Origin: Arenicellales bacterium
GTDB taxonomy: Bacteria > Pseudomonadota > Gammaproteobacteria > Arenicellales > JAJDZL01
Assembly (NCBI GenBank): GCA_965206345.1
Contig: OZ242211.1
Location: 2,599,078-2,663,077 of the forward strand
Reading direction: 5' to 3'
Length of the DNA: 64,000 bases
The notes under the pieces are model-generated. The model did not search any database, was not told where the DNA came from, and saw only the letters and a list, made by a program, of their open reading frames with translations. Positions 16,694 through 25,949 of the stretch are shown here, in pieces (positions within the stretch are counted from its first letter, which is position 1; every line of letters starts with the position of its first letter). The translations under genes and the position numbers were made by a program.

Positions 16694-17961
16694 TCAAGAC
16701 CAGGCACGTAGGCGATTGCGCGAAAATCATTGACATTGGTCAGGGTAGGACCAGTCATCACTAAGTCCCCGAGATTTTCAAAAAAGCTATAGGCATCATT
16801 GTTTTTCAAGTATTCGCTGACATCCATTCCTTTTGAACGGGCGCGCTTTAACGTAGACGGTGTCATCAAAGCACCAGCATTGTCTTCAGAACCATCAATT
16901 CCGTCTGTATCACAGGCAATTGCATAAATACCTGTCATGCCGTCAAACTCCTTCGCGATCGCCAATACATACTGAGAATTCGGTCCGCCTTTTCCGGAGC
17001 CGGTAACTTTCACTGTCGTTTCTCCGCCAGAAAGGATAGCAAATGGCTTGTCTTTCGAAAAATGAGTAAGCTTGTCTCGTAAGAAGGATGCATGCTGTTT
17101 CGCGACCTGGTTGGTGTCGCCCTCGACGGCATCACCGAGTGAAAAAACTTCTAAACCCAGTTTGTGTGCCTTCTCGGCACTAGCTTTAAGCGCATCCTTA
17201 GGTCTTGCCACAATCCTAATTCTGGATTGCTTAAATACAGGGTTGTCCGGCTTCGGTGTCTCGAGTTCGCCTATCTTCAACTTCATCAAAATGTATTGTG
17301 GGACATTGATGCGATATTGCGATATGACATCAAGCACTTCATCACAAGTTGATGGGTCTCCAACAGTTGGGCCTGAGCCAATGATGGAGGGATTATCACC
17401 GACGACATCTGATATACAGAGTGTCAGTGCAGAGGCAGGATAAATGTGGCTCATGAGGCGCCCACCCTTTATGGAGGATAGGTGTTTACGAACACAATTT
17501 ATCTCGTGAATCGTTGCCCCCGCCAAAAGCAGCTGCCGGGTGATTGATTGTTTATCTTCAAACGCGATTTCAGGATGCGGTCGAGATAGCAGGGAGGATG
17601 CGCCTCCAGAAATTGCGATGATTACATAGTCCATTTCATCAAGAGTCTTGGCCAAATCGATCACTCGCTTTGCTGCTCTCAACCCCAATTCATCAGGTAC
17701 TGGGTGTGCAGCTTCAACAACTTCGATGGATCTCGTTGGCACCGCATGCCCATAACGGGTGACAACTAGACCTGAAGTCTCACCTGGAACATGGTGTTCA
17801 ATAGTTTTTGCCATCGCGGCAGCGGCTTTTCCTGCACCGATCACACGAATTTTTCGATCAGGTAGGTTGTCTAGATGGGAGGGTAGACACTTTGGAGCTG
17901 AAGCTTGGTCGACAGCAGTTCTAAACAGGTCGATCAACATCGATTTCGGATCAACATTCAT
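16690..17961 (-). CDS. Glycerate 2-kinase / hydroxypyruvate reductase family (DUF4147 + MOFRL)
   Basis: VIGAGKAAAAMA, ISGGASSLL, LSGGETTVKVTGSGKGGPNSQ, CDTDGIDGSEDNAGA. Confidence 0.8.
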   Translation of the reverse strand: MNVDPKSMLIDLFRTAVDQASAPKCLPSHLDNLPDRKIRVIGAGKAAAAMAKTIEHHVPGETSGLVVTRYGHAVPTRSIEVVEAAHPVPDELGLRAAKRVIDLAKTLDEMDYVIIAISGGASSLLSRPHPEIAFEDKQSITRQLLLAGATIHEINCVRKHLSSIKGGRLMSHIYPASALTLCISDVVGDNPSIIGSGPTVGDPSTCDEVLDVISQYRINVPQYILMKLKIGELETPKPDNPVFKQSRIRIVARPKDALKASAEKAHKLGLEVFSLGDAVEGDTNQVAKQHASFLRDKLTHFSKDKPFAILSGGETTVKVTGSGKGGPNSQYVLAIAKEFDGMTGIYAIACDTDGIDGSEDNAGALMTPSTLKRARSKGMDVSEYLKNNDAYSFFENLGDLVMTGPTLTNVNDFRAIAYVPGLD

Positions 17962-18288
17962 CGTTGAGAATTCTTGAATTGGATCAGGCGTATTGTCGAT
18001 TTCGGTTTGTCATTCGGCATGAAACAGTCGCAGTAGTGAAGTTTTTCAATATCTAAATCGAAGAATCATAAACTAGACTTACCCAACGAAATTCTCCTTT
18101 CTCCATTGAGCAACTCCAAATCAGAATGCGGACACATTTCCACAGTGGAAGCAAAAGACTTCAACATCTTGCTCTGACAACCGTTCGAAATTTTACGAAG
18201 AATGGCAAGGGACAACATCAGACTGAATAGTTACTTGAAACGGAATCCTGAAGTCTCAGGTTCGATTCGTGTGTATCGAACATGCCAT

Positions 18289-18663
18289 TCAGAAAATATC
18301 GCCAAAGCTGAAACTTGTGTAGTTCGTCAAAGTACAAAGCGGAAGACTATCGGTGATTTGATTTGCACCAGTTTGCTGTGAAATTGTAAGAGGCTCTTCC
18401 ATGATGGTTACTCTGTCTGATGGATTATCCGAGATAAAGTAGTAAGATTTTTTCACTATCTCGCCAATCAACTTAGCTGCAGTCGTTTTACCTACATGTC
18501 TAGGTACTGACAAAACAGCATTTGGCAGTAACTTTGAAGGTGCCTCACAAAGTGGTTCAACGAATAGCATTGCATAACTAAACACATATGCAACTGCAAA
18601 ATGGTAATGACCAATTTGCAGTTGTATAAAAGAAAAGTCATTAAATTTGTGAATTCTGGCCAA
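18289..18663 (-). pseudogene. Probable remnant of an AAA/DUF4143-type ATPase gene
   Basis: AVLSVPRHVGKTTAAKLIGEI...YYFISDNPSDR resembles the N-terminus of the intact ATPase at 39517 (GGPRQVGKTTLSLNI..YLNWDDLEDR). The Walker B region is degenerate and the ORF stops early. Confidence 0.3.
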
Positions 18664-18965
18664 GAATTAATGCTGGTATGACAAATTGTTCATATAGATG
18701 GAAGATTTAATCGAATATATTCAACTCCATTAAATTCAGTTAATCAGACTGATCCGAGTAAAACTTTACAAAGTTTCGACAAGAACTTTCTATGTTGTAA
18801 TGTCTGAATACAAAACCGAAAAAATCGCTCTATAGTTCGGAATTTTTAAAAAGGTCCGCAGAGGGCTTCCATCAACGGGACATGCCACCACAACCCAACT
18901 TAGTGATTGACGAAAAGTTTTGAACTTGCAGTCCGAGGGAACATTAGATAGGAGATTCTGTTTGA

Positions 18966-18993
18966 TGTGACTATGGTCATGACCAAGGTCACA
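18966..18993. promoter_or_regulatory. Near-perfect 28-bp palindrome TGTGAC-N4-GGTCATGACC-N4-GTCACA upstream of the Phd/VapC pair
   Basis: Direct reading. It lies 55 nt upstream of the antitoxin ATG, with TAAAAT at 19001-19006. Confidence 0.35.
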
Positions 18994-19048
18994 ATCGTGG
19001 TAAAATGGATTGAGCAGTTCAATCTATATCAAGGTCTGGAGAACGGCA

Positions 19049-19333
19049 ATGAAATCATACGAACATTCTCGCGAACACACAATCAAGGCCTCAGAATTCA
19101 AGGTCAAGTGCCTTAAACTGATGGACGAGGTTGCGAATTCTGGAGGGGAGTTGGTCATTACAAAAAATAACCGTCCGGTCGCCCGTCTTGTGCCCTATAG
19201 ACGTAAACCTCCAACTCTGTTTGGCATTGACAGGGACAAAATTGCGATACTTGGTGACATCGTTTCACCACTCGATACGAAGTGGGAAGTCGATGTGAAT
19301 GAAGTTAGTCCACTTAAAAATGATTCTGCTTGA
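19049..19333 (+). CDS. Phd/YefM-family type II antitoxin
   Basis: IKASEFKVKCLKLMDEVANSGGELVITKNNRPVARLVPY. A GGAGAA RBS lies before the ATG at 19049. The gene overlaps the toxin gene by 14 nt. Confidence 0.8.
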   Translation: MKSYEHSREHTIKASEFKVKCLKLMDEVANSGGELVITKNNRPVARLVPYRRKPPTLFGIDRDKIAILGDIVSPLDTKWEVDVNEVSPLKNDSA

Positions 19334-19718
19334 CACACATGTTGTATTGTGGCTGCGAAGTGGTTCCAGTGAATTAGGTTCAATTGCACATAGAGAAATT
19401 AACCTCGCATGGCAGTCTGGTGAGCTTGCGATCTCGGCGATTTCATTTTGGGAAATCGCAATGCTTCAAAGTAAAAGGAGAATTACGCTTTCTGAAAATC
19501 TTGAGCACTGGCGCCTTACACAAATTGAGCAAGGTGTTGTTGAGATTCCAATTGATGGCGAAATTGGTTTAAGAGCAGTGCAGTTAGCAAATTTTCATTC
19601 TGATCCTGCTGACCGAATGATCGTTGCGACCGCGCTAGCAGGTCATCGATTGGTAACTGCGGATAGGCGCATACTCAGATGGAGTGGCGACCTTGACTCT
19701 TTAGCTGCATTTGAGTGA
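19320..19718 (+). CDS. vapC: PIN-domain VapC-type toxin
   Basis: MILLDTHVVLW (first acidic residue), FWEIAML, DPADRMIVATA. Confidence 0.85.
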   Translation: MILLDTHVVLWLRSGSSELGSIAHREINLAWQSGELAISAISFWEIAMLQSKRRITLSENLEHWRLTQIEQGVVEIPIDGEIGLRAVQLANFHSDPADRMIVATALAGHRLVTADRRILRWSGDLDSLAAFE

Positions 19719-19944
19719 TTTATCAGGTGAAACTATCGGTGAGTGATGATTTGATCATTCGATCTTTATCAGCCGCCAACTGTACACAAAAGTATGCGCC
19801 ACGATTTAGACAACGCTGAGTCTTTGTCTGCGCTACCGGTACACAGACTTGTTCAGCGGTGCGGGCGTGGTTGCGTTTGCTTCAAATCTGAAGAATTGCA
19901 GAAAAGAGTCGCACCATACGCTAGTCATCTATGCTGGACAGGGC

Positions 19945-20477
19945 TCAGTAACTTCCCATGACAATGCGTGCTTTGGAAAGAACTTTGTACTTCTTCTTGC
20001 TGGCTTTCTCCACAGCAAGAACATCAGCGACGTAGGTGTTACCTATACCTCCTGAACACGGAGGCAGATATCCCGGGCTGCGCCAGCCACCTGTCGCTCG
20101 GTTTTTCTTTACCAACCATACGCCGTCCGGCATTTTTTTGGTACCGCCGGGTACGGCTGGCAGCTGAGCTGTTCCAGCACCCATCTCAATTTCAAAACCG
20201 ATTCTTCCATGGCCACCATTTTTTGAAAGTGGCTGAAAATCAAGATCATAGAACTCAACGACTATTGCATTGGCTTGAGCGGGAATATTGTTTACTGTCA
20301 ACGGTGGAGTCGCTCCCTTGCCACCGAAATTCTTGCAGGCTGGCCTTCCGGAATGGTAACTCCGTCCCATGCTGAATCCGCGAATTCGACTGTCAATTCA
20401 TCAGCTTTGACGGTGCCTAATCCAACAATAAATACAGTCAGACAGAAATTTGGTGCAATACTTCTTTGAATATTCAC
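19945..20477 (-). pseudogene. PEBP/YbhB-YbcL-like secreted protein apparently split by a 1-nt frameshift
   Basis: The 141-aa ORF reads ACKNFGGKGATPPLTVNNIPAQANAIVVEFYDLD...YLPPCSGGIG. Upstream in another frame (GTG 20477 to stop 20298) is a clean signal peptide, MNIQRSIAPNFCLTVFIVGLGTVKA, followed by DELTVEFADSAWDGVTIPEGQ. This runs into the ORF near nt 20340. Confidence 0.45.
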
Positions 20478-21215
20478 GCCACTTCTCTCCAGATAAATTT
20501 TACGAGTGATCTTAGAATTTGGTCAAGTCACTATAAACCACGGCACAACAATGCAAAGCTGCAATGTGTGCCATAGGGTGTGCGTCAGAATCTTAGCAAT
20601 ATTCAATTGACCTCCGACTTGGCAATCTGCTCAATAACTACCGTAATTGCGGCAGCCCCATATGCCACTGGACAAGCGAAGGTGATAAGGACCATTCTAG
20701 CTGGCAACTAACGCGTCAAATCAATGCTAAATCTTTATCGCGAAATCCTCTGAGGTGGTTGCACTGTCAAATATGTCAAGTAATACAGGTGATAACAGAG
20801 GCGTGTGATAAAACATCCCCCAGAAAGTGTTCCAATACGGCCCATATTGGGGTTGCAGGCAGCGGTATTCTGAATATCCACCCCAACTGAAGCGGATTTG
20901 GCCAAGGCTTGAACAGGCGCTTGAATCGTGCCGTAGAGTTCAATAATGTCTTTTAATATCAAAGACATGATGTTGACAATGCTGCCGCCATATTACGAGC
21001 GAAACCGGAAGATCACCGATTCTGGGTGCTGAAGTCCGGTAACAGGTTTGATATTCTGCCAGCGATGATGATTTCGACCACCGGGTTTAGCGTTGCCGAT
21101 AAGATCCGTTGCGAAAAACCCTTACAGCGCAATCGTTGGTTTGCATACTTATTCTTCTGTACGCCATAATGGTGCATAATTAAACCAAATAACTGTATGC
21201 ACAGGAGACAGGATA

Positions 21216-21500
21216 GTGGCTGAAGCAGCCGAATTGAAATACGAACGTGTACATTTACGTCTAGATGCCAAGAGCAAGCGTAAGCTGGAACAGGCAGCAA
21301 GCTATGAGAAAATGACTGTCAGCCGATTCGTACTGAGTAACGCCATTCCAGCGGCCGAACGAGTCATTGAAGCACACGAGAGGATGGTACTTCCGGCGAC
21401 CGACTGGGACGCTTTCTACGAAGCCTTGCTCAATCCGCCCGAACCGAACGCAGCGTTGAAGCGGGCAGCACGGCGTTATCTCAAACGCATCGGTGGATGA
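21216..21500 (+). CDS. DUF1778 (TacA-like, RHH) type II antitoxin
   Basis: ERVHLRLDAKSKRKLEQAASYEKMTVSRFVLSNAIPAAERVIE. The gene overlaps the downstream GNAT gene by 8 nt. Confidence 0.8.
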   Translation: MAEAAELKYERVHLRLDAKSKRKLEQAASYEKMTVSRFVLSNAIPAAERVIEAHERMVLPATDWDAFYEALLNPPEPNAALKRAARRYLKRIGG

Positions 21501-22002
21501 ACTGTCGATTAGTGTCGAACCTCTCGGCAAGCAACACGATCGCGCTACTTTCTCGTGCGGTGAACCGGACCTTGACGGCTACCTGCGACATCAAGCCTCT
21601 CAAGACGTCCGACGGCGCGCGACGCAGGTTTTTGTTGTTACGGGAGATACGTCTCAAAAGATCGCCGGGTACTACACCTTAAGTGCGATGAGTTTTGAAA
21701 AAGACATGTTGCCGGATGAGCTGGCGAAAAAGTTGCCACACTATCCGGTTCCAGCAGCTTTGATAGGACGTCTAGCCGTCGACAACACTTGTCAAGGAAG
21801 CGGGTTAGGTGAATTTTTGCTGCTTGACGCAATTCGCAGGATTATCTGTGCGAGCTTGACGATTGCAGTGTACGCAGTCGTTGTTGATGCCAAGAACGAC
21901 AATATCCAAGCCTTCTATGAGAAATATGGTTTTACGGCTTTTGCCTCCCTTCCTCGCCGCCTTTACATGCCTTTGCGGACATTTGAAGAACTTGGTTTGT
22001 AG
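21493..22002 (+). CDS. GNAT-family acetyltransferase toxin (TacT-like)
   Basis: FSCGEPDLDGYLRHQASQD, RLAVDNTCQGSGLGEFLL, FYEKYGF. Paired with the DUF1778 antitoxin. Confidence 0.8.
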   Translation: MDELSISVEPLGKQHDRATFSCGEPDLDGYLRHQASQDVRRRATQVFVVTGDTSQKIAGYYTLSAMSFEKDMLPDELAKKLPHYPVPAALIGRLAVDNTCQGSGLGEFLLLDAIRRIICASLTIAVYAVVVDAKNDNIQAFYEKYGFTAFASLPRRLYMPLRTFEELGL

Positions 22003-22935
22003 TTTCGGGAAATTGATTCGTTCGAACCTGCCATGTTATTGCAGAGGTTTTACCAATTTTATTGACCGAGCCAATAACCCGGAATGAATTGGTATCCATA
22101 CAATCATAATCTATCATTTAGACACACTTAACAATCACGTGATAGTGTTGGTTACTGTAACGCATGTATATCGGTATGCGGCAATTCAGCAACGAGACAA
22201 TCAAGTGGTTCAATGAGGCGTTTGCCGCTAGCTATTACAGCCGTTACGGGTTGGCGAAAGAGTTGTGCGTTCAGGCTGACCAGCGCAGAGGCGGGAGATG
22301 ACTGGCGATGTCGTATGGGATATCGCCAGTAGACCCCGGTCGACGTGAGTGAGACCTGCCCGATCCGATGCTCTTCAAGCTACTGCACCACATCCTAGGT
22401 GAATCCGCCAAACATCCGCACCGACTGTTCGCCGCTGCCATCCGCCGACAAGGCCACCGCATGTCTCGGAAAAAATTGATTTGTGCGTTGTATTCCTTAA
22501 AAATCAATCGCGCGTCTGAGGTGAGTCGCCAAGCGTCTCGCCTTAGGGTTCTAAGCCCTAAATGCTTAGTCGTTATTTTTGTTCAAAATTAGCGGTCATG
22601 AATCTTTGCTATGTTGACGAATCCGGAATTCTTGATATTCCAGATTACACCTCTCATTTCGTCCTCGCTGCGCTCAGTTCCGAAAATCCGTTACCTGTCC
22701 CCGACACTGCACATTTGAGAAGATTTATTTGCTCATATACTGAGCGAAAATACACGGGCACAACTGTCCCTCAATCGCTTTAGGATCAGCCGCAGACTGT
22801 GTCCGGCACAGCTTAGCAGTACATTTACGCTGTCGCCTCTGGATTAGAAATGAATGCCATTGGCTGAGTCATATCTATAATTTCCAGATTCAGGCTATTT
22901 TTCAAAAAGTTTACAGTGAAGCACTACGAGTAGCA

Positions 22936-24720
22936 ATGTCAGAGTACCACGCACCCATTGAAGATATGCAGTTCGTCTTGCATAACGTCGCCGGTCTTGA
23001 TCAAATATTGGAACTAGATGAATTTCAAGGCATGGACCGGGAACTTATCACGGCAATTCTGGATGAATCTTCCAAATTCTCCTCCAATGTTCTGGACCCT
23101 CTGAATAAAGTTGGTGATGAACATGGGTCCATATGCGAAAACAGCGAGGTGACCACACCGCCTGGTTGGAAGGAAGCATATCGTCAATTTGTTGATGGAG
23201 GGTGGAATGGCCTGTCATTTGATGTGGAGCGTGGTGGACAAGGCCTGCCGTGGCTTGTTGCAACAGCGGTGCAGGAAATGTGGCACTCGTCAAACATGTC
23301 CTTCGGACTGTGTCCATTACTGACACAGGGTGCAATTAGAGCTTTGGAATTGCATGGATCCAAGGAACAGCAGGAACGTTATCTGGAACAACTGATTACT
23401 GGAGAGTGGACTGGCACCATGAACTTGACTGAGTCGCAGGCTGGGTCCGATCTTGCTGCCATTCGCACCCGAGCCGTTGCAGAAAATGGCTATTATCGAA
23501 TCAAAGGCCAAAAAATATTCATCACTTACGGTGAGCATGATCTGACTGAAAACATCATCCATTTTGTACTGGCAAGATGTTCGGATTCACCCGCTGGTGT
23601 GAGAGGCATTTCGATGTTTGTTGTTCCGAAATTCCTAGTCAATGAAGATGGTAGTTTAGGGGAGCGCAACGACTTGAGATGTGTTTCGCTGGAGCATAAG
23701 CTCGGCATTCATGCGAGCCCGACCGCGGTTATGTCGTATGGCGATAACGGGGGTGCAATCGGTTATTTGATTGGCGAAAAAAACCGCGGGCTTGAGTACA
23801 TGTTTACGATGATGAATCTGGCTCGACATGCAGTTGGAGTTGAAGGGTTGGCAGTAGCTGAACGCGCTTATCAGCATGCGATCGAATATGCCAGACAGCG
23901 AGTGCAGGGCACTGCAATCGGTACTCGAGAGCGGGTTGCGATTGTAGAGCATCCAGATGTCAGACGAATGCTAATGACGATGAAGTCGCTGATTGATGGA
24001 ATGCGTTGCCTTGCTTACTTCACCGCTGGAGTATTTGATTTTTCAATCAAGCATCCAGATGAAATCGCCCGACAGAATTATGGTGAATTACAAGCCTTGC
24101 TGATTCCGCTGGTCAAAGGTTGGTGTGCGGAATCTGGAAATGAAGTTGCATACATAGGGGTACAGATTCACGGTGGAATGGGTTTTATTGAGGAAACCGG
24201 TGCCGCACAGTATTTGCGCGATGTGAGAATCACCCCAATATATGAGGGCACCACCGGTATCCAGGCAAATGACTTGATTGGAAGAAAAATTCTGCGAGGT
24301 GATCGCGAAGTTCTGGAACGTTTGGTCGAAAAAATTCGTCAGTCGATTTCTCATAACGACCAGGAAGATGAGGCCGTCGCTTTGATCTCAACTGCGGTAA
24401 AGACTGCTCTTAATCACTTCAACAGAGCAACAGAATGGGTTTATCAAACGGGTGAAGCTCAACCGCAGGTAACCGCAGCAGCCAGTGTTGGTTACATGAA
24501 TGTTTTTGCCTTAACTGTTGCTGGTTGGCTGATGTTGGATATGGCTTCCGTTGCAGCAACTGAACTTCGTGCAGGTTCGGGCCACACAGAGCACTTGCAA
24601 GAAAAACTGATTTCTGCAAAATATTTTGCAACCCATATTCTGCCCAGGGCTCAAGCGCATGCCGATGCAGTAATCCAGTCTTCGGCTGTCGCTCTAGAAT
24701 TGGCCGAAAGTCAGTTCTAG
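22936..24720 (+). CDS. Long (594 aa) acyl-CoA dehydrogenase of the FadE/DmdC-like class with extra N- and C-terminal domains
   Basis: N-terminal MSEYHAPIEDMQFVL.., TGTMNLTESQAGSDL, IYEGTTGIQANDLIGRK, and a ~150-aa C-terminal extension. Confidence 0.85.
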   Translation: MSEYHAPIEDMQFVLHNVAGLDQILELDEFQGMDRELITAILDESSKFSSNVLDPLNKVGDEHGSICENSEVTTPPGWKEAYRQFVDGGWNGLSFDVERGGQGLPWLVATAVQEMWHSSNMSFGLCPLLTQGAIRALELHGSKEQQERYLEQLITGEWTGTMNLTESQAGSDLAAIRTRAVAENGYYRIKGQKIFITYGEHDLTENIIHFVLARCSDSPAGVRGISMFVVPKFLVNEDGSLGERNDLRCVSLEHKLGIHASPTAVMSYGDNGGAIGYLIGEKNRGLEYMFTMMNLARHAVGVEGLAVAERAYQHAIEYARQRVQGTAIGTRERVAIVEHPDVRRMLMTMKSLIDGMRCLAYFTAGVFDFSIKHPDEIARQNYGELQALLIPLVKGWCAESGNEVAYIGVQIHGGMGFIEETGAAQYLRDVRITPIYEGTTGIQANDLIGRKILRGDREVLERLVEKIRQSISHNDQEDEAVALISTAVKTALNHFNRATEWVYQTGEAQPQVTAAASVGYMNVFALTVAGWLMLDMASVAATELRAGSGHTEHLQEKLISAKYFATHILPRAQAHADAVIQSSAVALELAESQF

Positions 24721-24727
24721 TCCTTCT

Positions 24728-25066
24728 TCAGGCCAGCTTTGCACCGTTGTTTACGCGGCGCTCTGGTTTTGCGATAACAACACTTCCGTCATTTTGAACA
24801 AATCCGGTTAACAGAAACTGCGACATAAACGGACCGATTTGTTTGTCCGGGAAGTTCACAACACCGACGATTTGACTGCCGATCAGGTCTTCAGGTGAAT
24901 AAAGATCGGTGATTTGTGCGCTAGATTTAAGCGTACCAATTTCTTCACCGAAATCGGCGGTAACCTTGTAGGCAGGCTTACGCGCTTCGGGAAATTCCTG
25001 CACTGTCAAAATAGTTCCGACTCGAAGTTCAACCTGTTCGAATTCGCTCCAGTTTATCTGCTTCAC
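24728..25066 (-). CDS. CsaA/EMAP-type tRNA-binding domain protein
   Basis: [55 protein letters not shown] is close to B. subtilis CsaA. I prefer the GTG at 25066, which has AAGGAG 9 nt upstream, over the ATG at 25117. Confidence 0.8.
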   Translation of the reverse strand: MKQINWSEFEQVELRVGTILTVQEFPEARKPAYKVTADFGEEIGTLKSSAQITDLYSPEDLIGSQIVGVVNFPDKQIGPFMSQFLLTGFVQNDGSVVIAKPERRVNNGAKLA

Positions 25067-25949
25067 AGAAATATTCTCCTTGAGAATAAGAATTAAAGGG
25101 TTTGAGAGGTTGATCAATGCGGAAGTTTAGTCGATTCCGAATAAAGCAACTTACGTGTGAGAGAAAGCGAAATTTTACAGTGAAAAATTATTCTGATGTG
25201 TAGTTGGTCGATTCGGTAATCCGAGCTTGATACTCAACAAATCACTTTAACGCGTTATTTCTAACAGCTGTCAAACAATCATTTCTAATACCTGACGTTG
25301 AACTTCTCAAGTCGGCGATACTAAACGCTATTCGGATTGACTCAGTTTTGAGCAAGTTTGACAGGCGTCTAACTTGCGAGAATACTAGTAGTATTCTGAA
25401 GCGGTGGCCATTCACAATTGTGAGTCAGCTATTTTTGACCTTAGTTGCGTATTAACCGTAGCGACTAGTGAAACTCACCCTTGCGAACCGATTTGAACTT
25501 CAGTGTCCACTGACTCTTTTTACAATAAAACTGTCCGGCCAAGGTATAAGGTCGAGGACGATACATGGTGGCGCACTACTGCCATTTCGCGGAAGAAGTT
25601 AGCACGTTAGTACCAGCCAATTCAAACTCTACCTGTTAACATGAAATTACGAACAATAGTTCTCTCAATCAGGCGTTTGAACGCAACAGCAACGACACAC
25701 CACAAACGCCCGCGTCGGACACGCGAACTACTTACTCCCTTGAAACCATAGTCAGATTCTCAACCAGTCTGGACTCACAGCCTAATCGTCTTATGGGAGC
25801 CGGTTAGGACAAAATATTTTTTTATTTACCTTATGGCATAATCTATCGATTCTAGGAGCCCTTGCGGGTTCTGCGGAAATAATTTGCTTTGATAATCGGT
25901 GAGATACAGGTGTTTCTGCCTGTATGGCACTGCAATATGAGGAAATCAA

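Noticed and set aside
18259-18268. GGTTCGATTC, a tRNA T-loop-like sequence at the edge of the TA islet.
   Set aside because: The flanking bases cannot form a T-stem or acceptor stem (TCAGG versus CGTGT). No cloverleaf could be drawn. At most it is an unprovable tRNA-fragment remnant.
20735-21300. Minus-strand ORFs of 77 and 95 aa, plus a broken plus-strand frame (…PEDHRFWVLKSGNRFDILPAMMISTTGF…) between the PEBP-like gene and the DUF1778 gene.
   Set aside because: I could not match them to any family. They are probably non-coding or decayed sequence within the islet.
25118-25949. A large non-coding region considered as a known structured RNA (tmRNA, RNase P RNA, 6S, riboswitch).
   Set aside because: I could not find any of the conserved signature sequences I know for these RNAs. 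It is reported only as an unexplained leader.
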